Of a stretch of DNA of 64,000 nucleotides, positions 58,381-64,000 are shown in pieces. The stretch's first letter is position 1. Every line of letters starts with the position of its first letter. This DNA is from Bilabrum cf. latius (Eukaryota): contig OZ237735.1 in assembly GCA_965178125.1 (NCBI GenBank), forward strand, positions 620,001 through 684,000, in the 5' to 3' direction. The translations under genes and the position numbers were made by a program. Below the pieces are notes generated by a model. It saw nothing but the letters and a program-made list of their open reading frames with translations. It had not been told where the DNA came from and did no database searches.

Positions 58381-59479
58381 ATGTCGTCTTCTAATGAGGA
58401 GAACTCTAGGCGGGCTGTCGCGTACGTTCGAGTGCTCGGGACAGTCCTCGCAAGGCTGGTCGCTGCGAATGATGCGCAGACCGGGGGAGCTGCACCTGCT
58501 GAAGTGACAAGGTTTCACGCCCTGCGAGCTCCTTCAATCTCTGTCGGCGACTACCTGGACCGGTGAGTGCTAGCTGCTTGTTGGTTTCGCGTTCCTGCGT
58601 ATTGCTGGTGCGAACTGACTTCGATGCATACTATGTCACGGCTTTGTATTCTATGTGATGTGCTTATGTTCCCTTACTGACCTTTCTTGTCGCAGGATTC
58701 GCAAATACTCCCAGTGCAGTGCCGAGTGCTTCATTCTCGCACTGGTGTACATCGATAGGCTCATCTAGCGAAAGGGGATAACGCTTACCTCTCTAAATGT
58801 TCATAGGGTGGTGATTACAAGCGTCATGCTAGCTGCGAAGTTCTTTGACGACCACTACTACAACAATGCATTCTACGGCCGCATCGGCGGAGTTCCCACC
58901 GGCGAGATGAACGCCCTCGAGCTCGAGCTGCTCTTCTCGATCAATTTCTCGCTGCACGTGCCCGGCGCGGTGTTCAATAGGTACTTTACGGAGTTGTAGA
59001 ACCACGTTCCGGCTATGCCTCCGTCGGCTGACATGCCTCACTTGCAAGCCATGATGGCCCAGGCACCCAGGGCACTCGAGGTCGCGGGGGAGATGGAGCA
59101 GGCGGGGGGCGGGCCAGGGGGGAGCGGAGGCCTTCCAGTCAGGGCGGCGGGGGAAGGGCCAGGTCCTGGCGTGGGCATGGGCGCGGGGATGGGCGCCTCC
59201 GGCCGAGCTGGGGCCGCATCACACGGGCCGGCTGGTGGGGCCCCCGGGGGGGCGGGGGCAGGCGCAGGGGGGAAAGGGTCGATTATGGGAGCAGGCACTG
59301 TGCCTGGTAAGGGTGGTAGCGGAGGGGAGGGGCACCCCAAGTGGGGCGGGGGTCCAGGGGTTCCGGGGGGTCCTGGCGGTGGTCCCCCTCATGGCGGCGG
59401 GGGTGGGTGGGGACCTGGCGGGGGCAGTGGTGGTGCTGGAGGTGGTGCTGCTCCCATGGACGGTGAAGGTAGATATTGA
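58381..59479 (+). CDS. PHO80/cyclin-U(P)-like cyclin with Gly-rich tail; intron 58563-58695
   Basis: [39 protein letters not shown](TAG)R...[31 protein letters not shown]...EMN.LELE; ends TGA. Confidence 0.92.
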
Positions 59480-59641
59480 ACGCAACAGCTGCAGCGCTGT
59501 TTTGATTAATTTTTCCGCTAATTTCATTTTATTCTGCCAGTGATGCGGTACCTTGCCAAACCGGAACTTGCTTGTCCAGCCGAATTCGAATCTCGACAAA
59601 TGCAAGCCGTCACACATGTGCTTGTAGCAACATATGTCATC

Positions 59642-62137
59642 ATGAACGTTGCAGCAAGCAGTAGCAACGATGCCGAACTACTATCTCGCCTTGCTACTGC
59701 CTCGAGAAGCAGGCTTGGAGATCAGCTTGCTGCGATCCCTGATCATACTGTTGCTGCACTACTAGCCGCATTGCCATCACTTGCTGCAGATGTAGCACGC
59801 AGTGCAACGGCAAGCCTTGAATAGGAGTAGCAAGCGCGCGCTCAAGCCGCACGTGCCCACTCCCGCCTGAAAGCTTCGCTTGAGGCCCTGCAGCTGCAGG
59901 CAGAAGCCACTGCTGCGCTAGAGCGTCGCGTGGCAAGAGCAGAAGAGGACTCAATGAGGGCCCAAACCGACTGTTCAATCTATAAAGTGCGTCTTGCTAA
60001 GATTACGGCGACTTTGAAGTCCTATGTCAAATATGCGAGCAACAAGCAGACGTCAGATCAGAGCGAACGGCAACTGGCACCGTTGGAAAGGGCTGCAGGG
60101 CATAGATCTCCGAGGAGAAGACGTATTGAGAAATGTTCGGGGCGTAGTGAATCGCTGAGACCTGAAGACCTGTCCGTGCCCTAGGGTGTGCGCTCGAGGA
60201 TGACGACAAGTCCCACTGAAAACAAGGAGGAAGGTGCAGGCCGTGGGCACACCGGCGGTGCCACCGGCGAGATAAGGACAGATCCAGAGGCGGAACCCGT
60301 AATACATCAAAGCAATGAACCAAGCACCACTGGAGGAGCAACGCACGGAACACCTCTGCAGCTCCGAGTCCTTGCTCGGCCCACTGCCCCTGGCATGGCT
60401 GCTGGCAGCACCAGCAGCCCGCCAGCCAGAGCACCGGTCGCCACCCCATGCCCTCAACCGGATGCTTTGCAGCCGCAAAGCAGCCATGTATCCCTTGCAC
60501 CTACACCTTGTAGGCCCAGACCTAGTGGATCGCATTCAAATGATGCAGACGTAGAGGCCAGAGTGGCTCGCATCCGCGATGCGATTCGGAGTGCCACTCG
60601 CACGCATCAAGCAGCGCCACTGGCATTGGGCCATGTCAGGATGCCCGCTGCTACATGCCGCGGCCCTGCTCCATATGCGGCTGGTGTGTCTTCAACAGAT
60701 GCAGTGCCAGCAATGGCTCGCATGGATGGACCGCCGCAATTGCCAGTCACGCGCACCAAGTAGGACTTGCGTCGGTCTGGCACCGCGCCGGTGCATACCT
60801 CCGGGCAGGCTGAGTCTGCCAGCGGCGAGTCCATTAGTAGCGAGTCCATTCCTACCGAACCAAATAGGAGCTCTGAGAGTAGCACAGCAGAAGGGTGTGG
60901 CGCTGTCCCCGACAGAGACCGGAATCAACAGGCAGTGACAGCGGCAGCGGCAGCCTTGACCTCAGAGGTCAGCTCGGTTGGGAAGTCACCATAGCCGCAG
61001 CAAGCCCACCATGATAGTAGCAGCGAGGTTCAATCAGCGTCCCGCTCGTACGCAGTCAGGCAGCGGCTGCTAGCGAAACTCTAGCTCGGGGACCTGCTGC
61101 CTGCTCGACCTGTACACGCCGGCAGGGGCGCAAGCAGCATGGCAGGCCCAGTCTCCCGATTCCGCGGAGCCGTTGCATCTGGGCGGCAGTTCGCTGCCGA
61201 CCCCAGAGCAGTGTCAATCTATCGGAGCCACTCAGAAAGTACGAGCCAAAAGGCACTCAATAGCGATGGAAACGGGACTGGAATCGATGCTGGAGCAAGA
61301 CCGCTTGGGACGATGCGGGGCAGGCTGCAGCAGCTTGCTGACCAGGTGTTGGACGGGTTCGATCGGGTCAGGGCGGAGCACTCGCTCGAGAGGGCGAGAC
61401 TTGCTCGCTTGGATGCTCGTCGAAAACGATCGCACGCGCCTCTTGCGCACCACGAAGACCTGGCAGAGGTGCGGCACGAGCCGGCCCGCGCCGCGCGACG
61501 AATGCATGGGTCAGCTGGGCGCAGCAGCAGCAGAGTTAGAATAGAAGACTCGGATAGGCCGGACGATGGTGAACGAGAAGGGTCGTGGGGTGGTGGCACT
61601 GATGAGAAGGGTGGCCGAAGGGTGCACTGGGACGACGGATACAACCACTCGCTCGATGCGAGCATGGACGAGGATGAGGATGAGGGTGTTGTTGGGCTGG
61701 GGCAAGACGATCATGACATTGGCGATGAAGAGGAAGAGGAAGAGGAGTACGACTACAACGAAGAGGATGGCAGTGGTGAATTGCAAGGCGACATAGAAGA
61801 TAGGCACCAGGACGAGGACGGGCGTGGGTGGGCAAAAATCGGCGGGGAGCCCGGTGATGCCTCGGGGAGCAGCAGCCGCGGCAGCACCCCCCCCGGCAGC
61901 CTGCGCGCATCGCTCGAGAGCCTGAACTCCGAAGACGCGGCCTGGCTTGAGGCACAGCTAGGTCTCGATGATTCAGAAGCAGGGGCGGCAGGGGCGCCTG
62001 CTGCCCGTTCTTCCAGCTCGGACATGGATCAGGAGACGGGGCGTGGCAGTGGCAGCAGCCGGCCCCCTCCGAGTCGTCCCCGGCTGTAGCCGTCGCGAGG
62101 ACGAAGGGAGGTTCGGCTGAGGGCCCACGGCAACTGA
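59642..62137 (+). CDS. Hypothetical coiled-coil/low-complexity protein (start uncertain)
   Basis: Five track ORFs in one frame separated only by TAG; ends TGA 62135-62137. Confidence 0.65.
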
Positions 62138-62663
62138 AACACTCTTGCTTGGCTGTTGATATTGTTGCTTGCGTTCATGTGAGTCTACTACGGCGGGTAA
62201 GTAACCAGTTGCAGTTCGTGCATTTCGTACTGCAGCGCACTGTGGCACACGCGGGCGGCAAGATCCTGGAGAGTTCAGCACATCGCCTCGCTTGCCCACT
62301 TTGCACCCTCATTTTCCAGGCGAGGAACGCGGTTGGAAGGTGAGCGCAAACAACAAAGAAAATATGAGACCCTGCCGCTCGGCCTGCGTATGGCGACTCT
62401 CCTACGCCCCACCGCTCTGTAATGATCCACCTGCCACTGGTCAGACCTGGTCCGCACCAAGTGCGGCAGGTCAGGACACTCAGGTTCATGAGTGCAGCAA
62501 TACCTAGATTAAGCAGTAGTAGCCAGTACCTGTGGTGCACTTCCAGCCTGACACTGCAACTCTCCAGGCAGACTACGGCTAGTTGGCTAGCCCAGCTCAT
62601 CGGACGAATAGAGTCGCCACACACTGCGTGCAGCCGAGCCAAATTGTGTGCCCACCCTTCGAC

Positions 62664-64000
62664 TCAATCGTCGGTTGTCAGCTGGCTATCCACCTCTATG
62701 CCCTTCCCCTGCTTCACAGGCTCGTCAACTTGCTCCACCAGACGGCTGGAGAGCTCCTCTATCTGGATCTCAAACACCTCTCGCTGCTCTTCCAGGGCCT
62801 GCTTGAGCCGCTCGACCTCCTCTTCCCGCTCCCCCATGAGCTCAAGCAACACATCGTGCTTCATGCGGAACTCCTGTGCCTCCTCAGCAACTTGACGAGA
62901 CCGCTTCTCACTATCACGTGCATCGGTTGCAGCGGCCTCTGCAGAGCGTACACGCCTGTGGAGCTCATCAAGCTGCTGCGCGGATGACCGTGCAGCCTCT
63001 AGTTCCACTCGCAGCTGGGAGCCTAGCGGGCGCAACAGCCCCTGCAGCTTCGCTGCAACATGCACCGGCACGTCCTCTTCCTCGATCGCACCAGTGACTG
63101 CCTGGGTCAAGGCCGTGTACGCTAGCACTGCAGGCGACTCGTCCACGCTAATCGAGCGCCGCGTTCGAATAGGGGATGCATACTAGCTCTTCTGCTCGAT
63201 TGTCGATGCTAAACGCCGGCTCGCACCTTCCGGTGGCGGTGCAGCGGCAACTGATTGAGACTCGCGAGGAGAAGCAGCACTGCTGCTGCAGCTGCTGCTG
63301 CGGGCGCCACTCGAAGCCTGTGCGCTTGCACGCACGCTCTCCTCCGCCTTAAGCCTAGCTGTCGACTCGTACTCTACGTCTCTCTGAAGCTCCGCGACGG
63401 TGGCTCGAAGTGCATCCATCGTCCGACGAGCGCCTGCAATCTCCTCATCCAGCTCCCTGCGCTTCTGCCGCTCAGCCTGCAACTCCCGCTGCAGGGCTTG
63501 GCTGTCTTTGGCCATGCTTTCCACTTGCCGACGTAGCTGCAGCGACGCGTCGTCCGACCTCTGCACTGCATCGCTCCGTTGGCGCAACCTCTGCTTGCAT
63601 GCATCCAGTTCCTGCTGCAGCTCATGCCTCTCCGCGGCCGACTCGGCCAGCTGGGCCCGCATGCCATCCTCATTATCTGAAGCCTATGTCCTGACATCTT
63701 CGAGCTCACGCTGCACCTGCAGCAGCTGCTACAGCAATGACTCAGATTCGGAAGCGCCCGACTTGGATGGGGTACCATCGCTGCTGCTACTGTCGCTTTG
63801 TGCTGGCTCAGCATCGGATGCCCCGGCGGAAGACGCAGACTTCGGGCTACGAGCGAGCTGCAATCGAAGAGCCGCAAGATCGTCCTCCAGCTTGTCTTCC
63901 CTCGCTGCCGACGCAATCCCCTCGGCACGAAGCCGTTGCTGCAGGCCAGCCACTTCGCGCTTGGATGCTTGGAGCTCTGACCTCGCTGCCCCCTCGCTCT
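62664..64000 (-). CDS. TMF1/Sgm1-like golgin, 5'-partial
   Basis: Coiled coil ending in KHDVLLELMGEREEEVERLK...VFEIQI, which resembles the TMF C-terminal domain. Frame continuous through TAGs; ends TGA. Confidence 0.65.

Noticed and set aside
62140-62660. Possible small gene between two convergent host genes
   Set aside because: No recognisable motif or consistently supported frame.
27461-64000. Host genes as pseudogenes riddled with nonsense mutations
   Set aside because: Interruptions are exclusively TAG, fall on conserved Gln positions, and come with no frameshifts or TAA/TGA. Decay would not look like this.
27461-64000. UAG as pyrrolysine or Leu, or ciliate-type UAR=Gln
   Set aside because: Conserved columns indicate Gln. 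TAA terminates two genes (44041, 50157) and was not seen in-frame.
19200-64000. Hundreds of overlapping Arg/Pro/Ala-rich ORFs in the supplied track
   Set aside because: These are shadow and antisense frames of GC-rich coding DNA, with no recognisable motifs.
1-64000. tRNA (including a suppressor tRNA-Gln CUA) or rRNA genes
   Set aside because: None recognised by eye; a tRNAscan-SE run would be needed to exclude them.

Overview
Eukaryotic (protist) genomic DNA with three nested layers. (1) Positions 1-~27459 are an AT-rich endogenous mavirus-like virophage (EMALE-type). It encodes penton, MCP, rve integrase, tyrosine recombinase, PolA-like primase/polymerase-helicase, cysteine protease, packaging ATPase, fibre-like proteins and a lipase. 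It has a ~1-kb right TIR ending in a perfect 71-nt palindrome; only the inner 117 bp of the left TIR are in the window. (2) A complete GC-rich Ngaro-type (tyrosine-recombinase) retrotransposon at 19204-25863, with split direct repeats, is inserted in the virophage, together with two solo-repeat remnants. (3) Positions ~27460-64000 are GC-rich, gene-dense host DNA, by inference a Cafeteria-like bicosoecid. The main result is that the host uses a non-standard nuclear code in which UAG is Gln while UAA and UGA remain stops. TAG falls on invariant Gln positions (kinesin P-loop G-TAG-T-G-T-G-K-T, four conserved MATE Gln, cyclin YIDRLI-TAG-R). Reading it as Gln fuses the fragmented ORF track into about 12 full-length genes. 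The retrotransposon also uses TAG as sense (one 1919-codon ORF with 14 TAGs), whereas the virophage genes contain no TAG as sense or as stop. Family assignments are from motifs recognised by eye; no database search was run.
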